A stretch of DNA of 64,000 bases from positions 124,001 through 188,000 of the forward strand of contig QPMI01000133.1 of NCBI GenBank assembly GCA_004431415.1, read 5' to 3'. Origin of the DNA: Cyanophora paradoxa CCMP329. Lineage: Eukaryota; Plantae; Glaucophyta. The notes beneath the pieces were generated by a model. The model saw only the letters and a list, made by a program, of their open reading frames with translations. It was not told where the DNA came from and ran no database searches. Shown here in pieces: positions 26,770 through 35,944 of this stretch (positions are counted from its first letter, which is position 1; every line of letters begins with the position of its first letter). Position numbers and translations under genes: made by a program.

Positions 26770-28398
26770 TAATTGTAATGAGCGCGTGAGCTCAAAGAAC
26801 CAAACACATTGTAGCGGCGGTCGTGTTAGAAAACATTAAAGCGGCGGCTTCCGTACTTCTTGTACACGAACGCGTACGTATATATACGGTCCCGTGCTCT
26901 CATTTCCGTTTCCTAATACGTTGAAAATTAAGAAGCCGCGCACGGAGGGCGGCCCAGGAGAGGGTCTTGCGGTCGCGGCGCCAGGTCTCGGCCGCCGCCT
27001 CCACGCACTCGGCGGTGGCGCGCGTGTCGCCCTTCCGCCACGCGATGATCAGCTGCGGGCCGGAATGGCGAGTTTCATTAGAGAAAGGAATTCGGATAAG
27101 TTAAAGAGATATGGAATGTGAGCACCTTGCAGATGCCCATCAGCTCGACCACCCACCTGCACCCGTCGACGTCGCGCGTCAGTTGGCACAGCAGGGGAGG
27201 CGCCATCTGAAATCAGAGCTGCACGCGTGCGCGCTCACCAGTGCAAGCTCGCATTCTCGCGGATAGCCTGCGCGGACTCCTGTGAACGCGCGCAACCAAT
27301 TCATGCACACGGTCTTATGGTGCTACACTGTGGACTTCAAGTGCGGCCATGCGTTTTGATTTGAAGCTTAAGCCGGATGGAATTCAAGCGTGTCCGATCC
27401 ATGGATTTGGATTTAAAGCTTAATTAATGGTCGGAAGTCCAAGCGTTGAATCGAATCCGGATCCGACCAGCTACGCGTGCGCGTGCGCAATTCATGCATA
27501 CGGTGTTTGAGGTGCTAATACAAAGTGTGGACGCCAAGTGTGCCATGCATTTGTTATTTAAAGCTAGTGTGGAGTTCAGAAGTGGCCATGCATTTGGATT
27601 TAAAGCTGAAGTCGGAATTTCGAAGCCCAAGCGTTGAATCGAATCCGACCGCGTGCGCGCGTGTACCTCTTCGGCCAACTTGACAGCCTGTCCAGCTTGC
27701 ATGTCACGCCCGGCCATGACCTGCGTCAACGCCCATCAGCGGACACGGAGGCGAATATTAATGGGTATTAATGGGACAGCCGCAAGCGATGGGTGGGTTC
27801 GGTTCGGCCCCGACCATCATGGCATGGAGATAAAAGCCGAAGCTGCAGCTAAAAGCGGAACCGCAGCTGAAAGCGGAGCTAATAGCCGCAGCTAAGCGTT
27901 TGGGCTCTAATTTCGCGCGCTTCGAGTGGGTTCTGTTTTGGCGCACGTGCATGAGGGCCCCGACCATGGAGGCGAGGAGGGCGCCGTAGCGGCCGAGGCC
28001 GAGGCGGCTCGCGAAGACGCGCGCCTCCTCCAGCATCCGCCGCGCCTCCTCCAGCGACCCCTGCCCGCCCGGCCGCGTGAGAGATTGAATTCGAACATCT
28101 TTTACGTGAGCGGACTCGATCTCTGGCTCTAGCTCTAGCTCTAAAGTGGCCGGACCGAACTACGTATACATTGAAGCATGCATTGAAAGAATAATTCAAA
28201 GAAGCGGATCGGACCGTGAAGATCAGGGGAATGGCGCCCGTCGCAAGAATCTCGTGGTTGTTTGGCTGCGGGCTGCGCGCTCACGAGCTTGAGCTCACGT
28301 AATAACTGTTGCAAGTCTAGGCCCGCATGCATAGCACCCTTCCTAACAGCTTTTTCTAACAGCTTCAGCTTGTGTATATAAGCATATGCAATGGCGGC

Positions 28399-28483
28399 AC
28401 ACATATGTATAAACTTATTTAAATCCCTCCGCTTCGCGCTTCGCGCTTCGCTCCTGGATTTAAATAAGTTTATACATATGTGT
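28399..28483. repeat. Perfect 28-bp inverted repeat (hairpin) at the left boundary, with a 29-nt loop containing (GCTTCGC)x3
   Basis: ACACATATGTATAAACTTATTTAAATCC (28399-28426) is the exact reverse complement of 28456-28483. Loop is CTCC-GCTTCGC-GCTTCGC-GCTTCGC-TCCT. Confidence 0.95.
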
Positions 28484-28794
28484 CAAAATTAATACTAAAA
28501 TACGTATTTATCGATTAAATTCTTTAACTTTTTATGCAAACTTTGTATAAATTAATGCAAACTTTGTATTAAAAACGAAAAACGCGTTTTATTTTATGCA
28601 TATTTACGACTGAATCAATTGATCTTATATCGATTGATTATGTTCTTTGTCGATTACATATATAACTGCGATTAATTTGCATTAAACTACTTAAAGATCG
28701 ATATAATCGCGATTAAATTGCATAAATTCGCATAAACTCGATATATCTCTCTTGTATTGAAGTAGACCACCGCCCATTCTGTATCGAAAAACGC

Positions 28795-29055
28795 AAAAAG
28801 TGTCACAGAGTTGCATTGTGTCCAATTGAACAATCGATGAGATTGCTGATTTGCATTTTTGCACCCAAAAACTGTCACAGAGTTGCATTATCTCCAATTA
28901 AACAATCGATTAGATTGCGGGATTTTCTATTGGAATATATCGGAACTGCATTATGTCCAATTAAACAATCGATGGGATTGCGGATGTATATTTTAGATTG
29001 AAAAAAGTGTCACAGAGTTGCATGGTCTCCAATTGAACAATCGATTAGATTGCAT
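28795..29055. repeat. Subterminal degenerate tandem repeats (about 4 units of 60-75 bp, TGTCACAGAGTTGCAT...CAATT[G/A]AACAATCGAT)
   Basis: TGTCACAGAGTTGCAT at 28801, 28873 and 29008. CAATTRAACAATCGAT occurs four times. Confidence 0.85.
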
Positions 29056-29109
29056 ATGTTCTATAAAACAGAATAATTGAGATCAAGTGTGACAGGTAGT
29101 ATTCAAATG

Positions 29110-29632
29110 ATATTCAGTAAGAGATAGTTTTGTTTTTGAGAAAGTCAGTAAGAGGGGTGGAATGTCTGTGACGCCTGTGACGGCTGTGACGCCTGTTTTC
29201 AGAAGTCTGTCATTTTTGAAAATTTTAAAAAGTTTGAAAGTAGGTGTCACAGGCGTCACAGGCGTCACACTCAATTAAATTAGGTGTCACAGCGAAATTG
29301 CAGACCATTTCCAGTAAGACAACTTCGCATTTTCAAAAAGGTTGATTAATGGATAGTGTTTTGTAGGTGTCAGAGGTGTCACAAGACGGATTTCAGTAAG
29401 ACAAGAATATATTCTCGAAAATCTCAGTAAGAGAAAGAGATTCCATTGTTAATTGGGTGTGACGCCTGTGACGGCTGTGACGGCTGTTTTCAGAAGTCTG
29501 TAATTTTTGAAAATTTTAAAAAGTTTGAAAGTAGGCGTCACAGGCGTCACAGGCGTCACAGTCAATTAAAGAGGCGTCACAGTCAATTAAATAGGTGTCA
29601 CACCCGATTATCTGACCATTTTCAGTAAGACC
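29110..29632. promoter_or_regulatory. Two tandem origin-like modules: 9-bp iterons (TGTGACGCC) x3, AT-rich core, inverted iterons (GGCGTCACA) x3-5
   Basis: Copy 1 at 29167-29291, copy 2 at 29458-29602, period about 291 bp. The origin function is inferred. Confidence 0.65.
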
Positions 29633-29654
29633 ATCTGAAATTCTGAATTTCTCA

Positions 29655-30071
29655 GTGTCAACTAACTCGGAAATCGCAATACTCTATGTTTCTCCGATTT
29701 CTCCAACCCTGAAAACACACCTGTTATTCTCTCATCTATCTCATGAGATACTCTCGTTTCGCCAAAAATTGACAAACGATTTCCCATCATGCTGTAAAGG
29801 AAACATGCCGATTAACCAGCAATATCACAATTTCCATGGGACTTACATCTTGATTGTGAATAAAATGCAAGATCATTATGAGATCTTTCAAGAGATGGGA
29901 TTGCGAATTACAAGGAGATCAACTCTTTGTAGATTCTTGAAAAAGAATGGTGCTAAATGGGATAAGACAATTCGCCGATGGTATACAGAGGATGCTAAGA
30001 GTCCCCTTCTTAATATTTTCGAGACAGATGGGGAGTTTTTCTATCAGGATCGGTTTAATCATTACCAATAG
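29655..30071 (+). CDS. Small viral protein with a DUF5710-like GAKWD-x-WY motif; true start probably downstream
   Basis: LKKNGAKWDKTIRRWY motif. Confidence 0.45.
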   Translation: MSTNSEIAILYVSPISPTLKTHLLFSHLSHEILSFRQKLTNDFPSCCKGNMPINQQYHNFHGTYILIVNKMQDHYEIFQEMGLRITRRSTLCRFLKKNGAKWDKTIRRWYTEDAKSPLLNIFETDGEFFYQDRFNHYQ

Positions 30072-30986
30072 CCAAGAACTCCAACTGGAATGAGTTGTCT
30101 ATTCCATTCATATCAACAAGATCACCATAATAATCTCGAAACTCAACTGTTAACTCTCTAATCACAAGGTTTCGATCGGTTATTTTTATGTATTCACTGT
30201 GCTCTCCACTGTGATAAACATACTGTCCAATATCTTTACTCAATTGCAATCTGAGAATCGCCCCTTGATTCTGTGGTTGTGATCTTGGAACAATATTGTG
30301 GTTTGTAGCAAATGGGGAGAGTTCTTTAATGTGCATGTATAAATACTGTTCTGCATTCATGTCTGTCATCTTGGATGCTTCTAACTTGTAGTTTAAGCGA
30401 GATGCCTCGAATTCATATCCTGTGAATGTGATTCCCCATTGGGGATGGTTTGGGGTGATTGGGATTCCTGCAAAATAGAGGAAATTCTCGGGGCATATAA
30501 AGACCTTGCAGACTCTGGGAAATCGTAGGTTTGCTCAATTGAAGCGACCCACTCCACAGAACTAACCCCAAGAAGTTTACCCAATCTCTGTGTAGATGCT
30601 ACCATCTCGAATTGAACATTACTGTAAAACTCCAATTTGTAGGAAGTAGGATTGTAGTAGACCTTGAATGCATATGTGAGATTGTTGCTCCCAGTAAATG
30701 TGAAATTCAGACCATAATTATATGGACTGGTGACCCCGAAATGCCCTTGATTAATATAACCACTTGGGAGAAGGAAGACCTGTTTGGTTTCAGAGATGCC
30801 TTGGTAGAAGAATCTGACAAGAAGGTGGTCTGTTCCAATGGAATTATAGATGCTGTTGGGGATCTCTGCATACAAAACTCGACATTCTCTTGGTTTGGTC
30901 ACTGGGGTTGTGAGTGAAACTTTGTAGGAGTTTTCTATTTGTCCATCTGATCGGTCTCTGCTATCTATATTGACCAGCCGAATCAT
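30055..30986 (-). CDS. Minor capsid (penton-like) protein B; one frameshift at G-run 30490-30493, about 310 aa restored
   Basis: N-terminal LVNIDSRDR and VLYAEIPNSIYN; C-terminal QYLYMHIKEL and IRELTVEFRDYYGDLVDMNGIDNSFQLEF, typical of PLV minor capsids. The restored frame (FAGIPITPNHPQWGITFTG) aligns with paralog 62247-63137 (VAGIPVTPAHPEYGVDFTG). Confidence 0.8.
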
Positions 30987-31014
30987 TTTAATATATGTTT
31001 ATAGATAAAAGAAG

Positions 31015-32025
31015 ATGCCTGTGGATTACATCGAAGTGAGCTCTTTCAATACAATTTCGGGAGATGGACCAACTTCGAGTTTTATTGCTCGCCTCCCCAG
31101 CACCTATGAATTTGTGAGAGCAGTAAGACTGGTTTCAGCAGAATTCTATAACAGCATTCCCATGGTGAGTGGTGAAACCAAACCAGGAGATGTGACAATA
31201 GATACTGCAATCTACCTTTATTGGTCTGAATATCTTTCTGGTGCAGGAAGCACTGGTATTCCAACTGATCGACCTGCTGCTGATTATGAATCATGGAAAC
31301 ACATTGTGATAAGTCGCAGCACACCCATTCAAAACCACCAACAACTGGTGAATGTAATTAACTCCAAACTTGCATTGAGAGAGCCACCAGTAGCAATTCG
31401 CTGTAAATGGGATGATACACTGAAACGAGTAATATTCCATTCCACCATACCGTTTTACCTGGCTTTCTCAACTGCAATAAACCCAACCCAGGCGCAGATT
31501 CAGAGGTTTTTGAGTTCTGCTCGACTGCTTGGTCTTGATCCTGGGAGATATGGTAACACACCAATCCAATCACAGGTTTATAATACTCTTACTGATGGTA
31601 TCTTTACTGGGTCGATGGTGCATGGTATTATATCTTCATTTGAACCTGAAAAGTTCAGGGATAGTGTCCTATTTGTGAGAGTAAAGGAGTTGGGTGATCT
31701 GGTTCAATGTGGTGATGGTCTCCTCACTGGATATTTCCACAAAATCGTTGTTCCAGATAAAGATTATGGTGAGCATGTCGTTTATAATTCGACAGAAGCC
31801 CATCCGATTTATAAATACTATAACAAGAATCTGGGACTTTCCACATTTTCGGTTGATATTGTGAATGCAGTTAATGAACCAATTGATTTCGAGGGTCAAC
31901 CTGTCCACCTCACCTTCGAAATTCGATATGGTGATGAACCTGCTGGTGATCCTGTGTACGAATACTTCAAGAGGAGAATGGCGGAAACACATCCATCTTA
32001 TCCGGTTATTGCGAATTTTGCGTAA
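31015..32025 (+). CDS. Minor capsid (penton-like) protein A
   Basis: SFIARLP..VRAVRLVSAEFYNS; LFVRVKEL; LSTFSVDIVNAVNEPIDFEGQPVHLTFEI. Confidence 0.8.
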   Translation: MPVDYIEVSSFNTISGDGPTSSFIARLPSTYEFVRAVRLVSAEFYNSIPMVSGETKPGDVTIDTAIYLYWSEYLSGAGSTGIPTDRPAADYESWKHIVISRSTPIQNHQQLVNVINSKLALREPPVAIRCKWDDTLKRVIFHSTIPFYLAFSTAINPTQAQIQRFLSSARLLGLDPGRYGNTPIQSQVYNTLTDGIFTGSMVHGIISSFEPEKFRDSVLFVRVKELGDLVQCGDGLLTGYFHKIVVPDKDYGEHVVYNSTEAHPIYKYYNKNLGLSTFSVDIVNAVNEPIDFEGQPVHLTFEIRYGDEPAGDPVYEYFKRRMAETHPSYPVIANFA

Positions 32026-32079
32026 AATCAAGGATCATCGGTGAATTTTTTATGTTGCAGTATAATAAAAGAGATAATC

Positions 32080-33452
32080 ATGGATATTACTTCGGCCCTC
32101 CAACGTCTTTCTCTGAAAGAAGCTCTAACAACCCCGGAAGAAGCCAAGGCGTTCTTCGTGGACAACTCTCTCATGCTTGGTCTTGAATCCAAGTCGAAGC
32201 CAGTTCTTGTTGTTGTGAACCCAAGCAACACTTTCGAGAATAATGCTGGAAATCGCATTTCTTTCAAGCTCCCTCGCTACAATTTCTGTGGAAAACTCGA
32301 ACTTGCGTTTGACCTTCCAGCTGTCACTTTTGCTGGTGATACCGACCTTGTTCGCAATGGATACGTTCGCCCAGTTGGTGCTCTTGTCTCTCGACTTGAA
32401 ATCACCTATGGATCTTACACCTTCCATGTGCTTTCTGATTTCCTTGCTCATTTCCCTCTTATCTATTACAGTGAGGATCAACTCGCCAAGAAGAAGCGTT
32501 CAATGGGAATGGTTCATGGTATCCCTGCCCATGGAACCAACCGACTTGGTGGGTCATTTTTCACTGAAATCCCAGTCCCATGGCTAAACCACTACCTACC
32601 TCTTGGTGCTCTCTCAGGAGAAATGGTGGTAACTGTCTGGTTCAAGGATGCTGGAAAGGGTTATGTTGAGACTTCTTATGGTGGTCGTGCTCTTCCAGTT
32701 GTTGGTGGAACAGCTGCTGATAAGACAGAGGATGATGGACTTGGTGCTACTGCTAATGCTACTCTTGCCCATGTTGGTCAACAGATCACCACTTTTGGAA
32801 TTGGTGCAACAACAACCCCGAAATTAAAGTCACTTCTCCTCGTCTTTACATGCATGCTATTAATGTTTCTGATGAACTGTTTGCTACTGTCATTGAGAAG
32901 GTGAAGACCACTGGTATGGCTATTCCTGCTCTGGATATTGGTTTCGTAGACAGTGTCAATTTTGCTGCAAAAGGCAATGCTCAACCAAATCGTATTAACC
33001 TGTCACAGATCTCTGGTCTTGTCTATGGTCTTCTTGTTTCAGTTCGTGATGCCGCAGGTATTGATGGTTTCAATGGTTCCCACAGTGTCCTAAAAACGCA
33101 TGCTAACTCGAAAGACATTACTTTCACTGTTGAAATTAATGGTCAACGTCTCTATGCTACTGAGCCCATCCCTCTCCTCAAAGGTGCCGAATTAATTGCG
33201 GATGCCTTCAAGTGCTCGAATATGGACAAGGTTGCAGACAAATATGTCCTCAGTGGTCTACCATTCTGTGTTGATGGAGAGAAAGCGATTCGCAACATTG
33301 CCCAGTCTGGCTATGTTGATCTCACGAACTCCTCCTCCTCTTTCCTCACTCTATACATGCCTTCTGACCAGACAATCACAGTTAATGTTCGTGCTCTCAT
33401 GCACAGTTTCATTATTGTTGACAAAGATGGGCTCCGACGAATTAATCTGTAA
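32080..33452 (+). CDS. Major capsid protein (double jelly roll); one frameshift at C-run 32816-32819, about 457 aa restored
   Basis: ISFKLPR..LELAFDLP and IPVPW...LPLGAL..EMVVTVWF resemble double-jelly-roll MCP motifs. Size and position between the minor capsids and the ATPase fit. Adding one C gives TPEIKVTSPRLYMHAINV and joins the two ORFs. Confidence 0.78.
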
Positions 33453-33514
33453 AACCATGATCAGTAACGTTTCGTTATTTTTATCTATCTTTAATAAGAA
33501 AGATCTACAAAGCC

Positions 33515-34297
33515 ATGAACGATTTAGAAGAGTTTAATGCAGGCGAAATGATAACCCCACCATTTCGTGCTCTTTTCATAGGAAAGTCTGCAACAGGTAA
33601 GTCAGAATGTGTGAAATATTGGTTGAAACAGCTGCATGATGCGAAAAAGATTGATACTGTTCTTGTTGTGAGTGGGACGTCCTTCAATCATTTCTGGGAT
33701 GCAGTAGCAACATTGCAACTCGGGAAATGGGATGCTGCTTATATTTCCAAATTACTGGATGAAAGGCAGGAGAAAATCGAAAAAGGGGAACCGGTCAATC
33801 ACCTCTGTGTGGTCTTAGATGATTTAATAGACAACGAAATCATTGACTTGACCCGAGACAAAATCGTGGGATCCCTGTATTCCAGAGGTCGACATTCGAA
33901 AATCTCGATTATTTGCATCACACAGAAGCTGAGGAAGGTTTCATCAACAATTCGAGTAAATTCGGATTATGCTGTGTTCCTGAGTGCTGCTAATCGCAAA
34001 GAACTCGAAGCAATCGAGGAGGAATACAATATCATGCGAAACAAAGACGATTTCTATAAGATGTTTGAGGAGTATGTCCACTCCTATCAATATATAGTGT
34101 GGTCTTCTGCGAATTATTCGGTGAACTATTATGTTGATAAAGCGGATCTGGTCAAAGATTTCCCATTTCCTCGGTTCCACAGGAAGCCCAAAAAGAAAGA
34201 GGACGAATTACCACCTCCACAGAAAGAGGAAGCCCCCAAAGAGGTCAAGAGTGGTGTTCATTCGAATAAACTGATGCGATATAAGAGAGGTTTGTAA
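33515..34297 (+). CDS. A32-like (FtsK/HerA) DNA packaging ATPase
   Basis: Walker A FIGKSATGKS, Walker B LCVVLDD, RGRHSKISIICITQ and IRVNSDY. Confidence 0.93.
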   Translation: MNDLEEFNAGEMITPPFRALFIGKSATGKSECVKYWLKQLHDAKKIDTVLVVSGTSFNHFWDAVATLQLGKWDAAYISKLLDERQEKIEKGEPVNHLCVVLDDLIDNEIIDLTRDKIVGSLYSRGRHSKISIICITQKLRKVSSTIRVNSDYAVFLSAANRKELEAIEEEYNIMRNKDDFYKMFEEYVHSYQYIVWSSANYSVNYYVDKADLVKDFPFPRFHRKPKKKEDELPPPQKEEAPKEVKSGVHSNKLMRYKRGL

Positions 34298-34325
34298 AAT
34301 AATCTCTGCTTCTAATAAATATACA

Positions 34326-35060
34326 ATGCCTTCCAAACGCAAAGTTGGTGTTCCTGCTGGTGCTATCTCATATTCTGCATCCTCTGGAACCGGTTCTATT
34401 AACACAGATCCCATGAAATTCAATGGTGTCAACGAAGTGAAAGCATCACAGCAACAGGAAGATCCCCTCAATGCTGCTTACGAAGAATCACCAGATGATA
34501 AAGCGCCCCAGACATCCACAAGTGACCAGTTGAATATTTCGCCCGAAACCTCCAAGATGAAGGCAGTTGGTGAAGGTGCTCGTCGAATTATTGGTGCTGC
34601 TGATGACAAAGGACTGGGTCTGCAAGATCTCTCACTGGCTCGCAAAGGTGAAGGTGTCTCCAAAGAATCAGACAAGGTAATTCAATCCATGGCTGGTGAG
34701 GTGACCTACAAGGTCGCACCTACACAGAATATTCACCGAATTCCCAAAGCCCAATGGGACGAAATGACTGCGAAACTTAAAGATCTGGAAGCGAAATCGA
34801 GTGCACTGGAACAGTATGTCTCTGAGAAGAAAGAGAGAGCGAAATTGAAGGAGATGCTGCGAAAGGAGGTGTATAGAATGGGGATTACTGGTCTACCTGA
34901 TAAGCAATTTATTGGTAAGAAAGAGACTCAAATTGATGAGCAGGCAGTTGATGAGATGAAGACCAAAACCCAGAAGGGCACCATTGAACCTGGTGCTACC
35001 AAGGCAGAGGTTGACAAAGGTGTTGCCCCAACAGTATATAAACGACGAGTTTGGCTATAA
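34326..35060 (+). CDS. Viral hypothetical protein (Lys-rich, predicted coiled coil)
   Basis: 244-aa ORF packed directly after the ATPase, with an AT-rich upstream spacer. Confidence 0.6.
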   Translation: MPSKRKVGVPAGAISYSASSGTGSINTDPMKFNGVNEVKASQQQEDPLNAAYEESPDDKAPQTSTSDQLNISPETSKMKAVGEGARRIIGAADDKGLGLQDLSLARKGEGVSKESDKVIQSMAGEVTYKVAPTQNIHRIPKAQWDEMTAKLKDLEAKSSALEQYVSEKKERAKLKEMLRKEVYRMGITGLPDKQFIGKKETQIDEQAVDEMKTKTQKGTIEPGATKAEVDKGVAPTVYKRRVWL

Positions 35061-35087
35061 TTATCTCGCTTTAAGAGAGAGAGCATC

Positions 35088-35321
35088 ATGGATTTCTTGC
35101 GAAAAATCATAGAGATGTTTAATCTCCACATTGTGAGCAATTGTCACAGTGGTTGCTGTGATACAAAAGTCGAAATCGAATTCTCTGACACTGAAAGTCA
35201 TGGATCTGGTGGTAGAAGATTATCCACAGACTCGGTGGATTTCGAGGAGCATATTAAAACAGAGACAGTGAGGCGACGCTCTGTATCTTTCACAGATCCG
35301 AAATTAAATCTCGGTAATTAA
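35088..35321 (+). CDS. Small viral protein, paralog of 50338-50706
   Basis: MDFLRKIIEMFNLHIVSNCHSGCCDTKVEIEFSDTE versus MDLIRRCLDMFHLHITSNLKSSCCETTIDLNISETD. Confidence 0.7.
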   Translation: MDFLRKIIEMFNLHIVSNCHSGCCDTKVEIEFSDTESHGSGGRRLSTDSVDFEEHIKTETVRRRSVSFTDPKLNLGN

Positions 35322-35522
35322 TATCGAATGCTCAGTCTCTCTGAGATCTATGCTATCCTTGAAAGGAAATCCGCTGAATATGCAACAGAAGCCGCAATAA
35401 AAAAGCGTAGACAGGAACTGGTCTCGATCTGCAAAAAATGACAAGGGATTTAAGGGTAAGGTGTGTTTGATTGGTGAACCCGGACAAATTATTTTCTCGT
35501 CCAAATATAAGGAACATATCAA

Positions 35523-35750
35523 ATGGAAACTGAATCTGTGGTCGAATTCGAACTTGCAATGAGCGAAATGGATCCCAATGAGAGAAAAAGGTTGTATGAC
35601 CGCTTGTATTTCCAGAAACGCTATCAAGATGAGGAGTTTCGTGAATTATATCGTAAAAAGGCACTGGAACGATATTATCGCAGGAAAGCTGCTGAGATGG
35701 ATCCCAATAATCCAGTAAAACGCCCAGTAGGTCGTCCCAGAAAATACTGA
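35523..35750 (+). CDS. Small basic DNA-binding-like protein with a C-terminal AT-hook
   Basis: RKKALERYYRRK...KRPVGRPRKY. Confidence 0.6.
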   Translation: METESVVEFELAMSEMDPNERKRLYDRLYFQKRYQDEEFRELYRKKALERYYRRKAAEMDPNNPVKRPVGRPRKY

Positions 35751-35944
35751 ACCGCCCCCAAAGTCCCAAATATCCGCTGAATCCTTTTTGTTACCATGAT
35801 CGATCGACTTTTCGATGGATCATTACCATATATCGAGCGCCAATCGGAGAACCCAAAGGTATTTAAAGGTTAGGCGCCAAAAAATGACAAGCGACCGGAG
35901 AAATTAATTTCTCCATTAAGGATAAGAAGCACCCGATTGTTGAA

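Noticed and set aside
1-28398. Hundreds of overlapping Arg/Pro/Gly/Ala-rich ORFs in the six-frame track
   Set aside because: These are by-products of high GC and read-through of short introns. Only spliced exon pieces give coherent proteins.
1-28398. Host species assignment (style reminiscent of a glaucophyte such as Cyanophora)
   Set aside because: This is an impression from GC content, intron density and the F-box-like family only. It needs a BLAST search.
28795-29632. CRISPR-like appearance of the spaced repeats (also 44170-44455)
   Set aside because: The units are degenerate tandem repeats without unique, constant-length spacers. There are no cas genes and the context is eukaryotic.
35750-35766. 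ACCGCCCCCAAAGTC resembling 50149-50164
   Set aside because: A short, low-complexity match with only two instances; no function can be supported.
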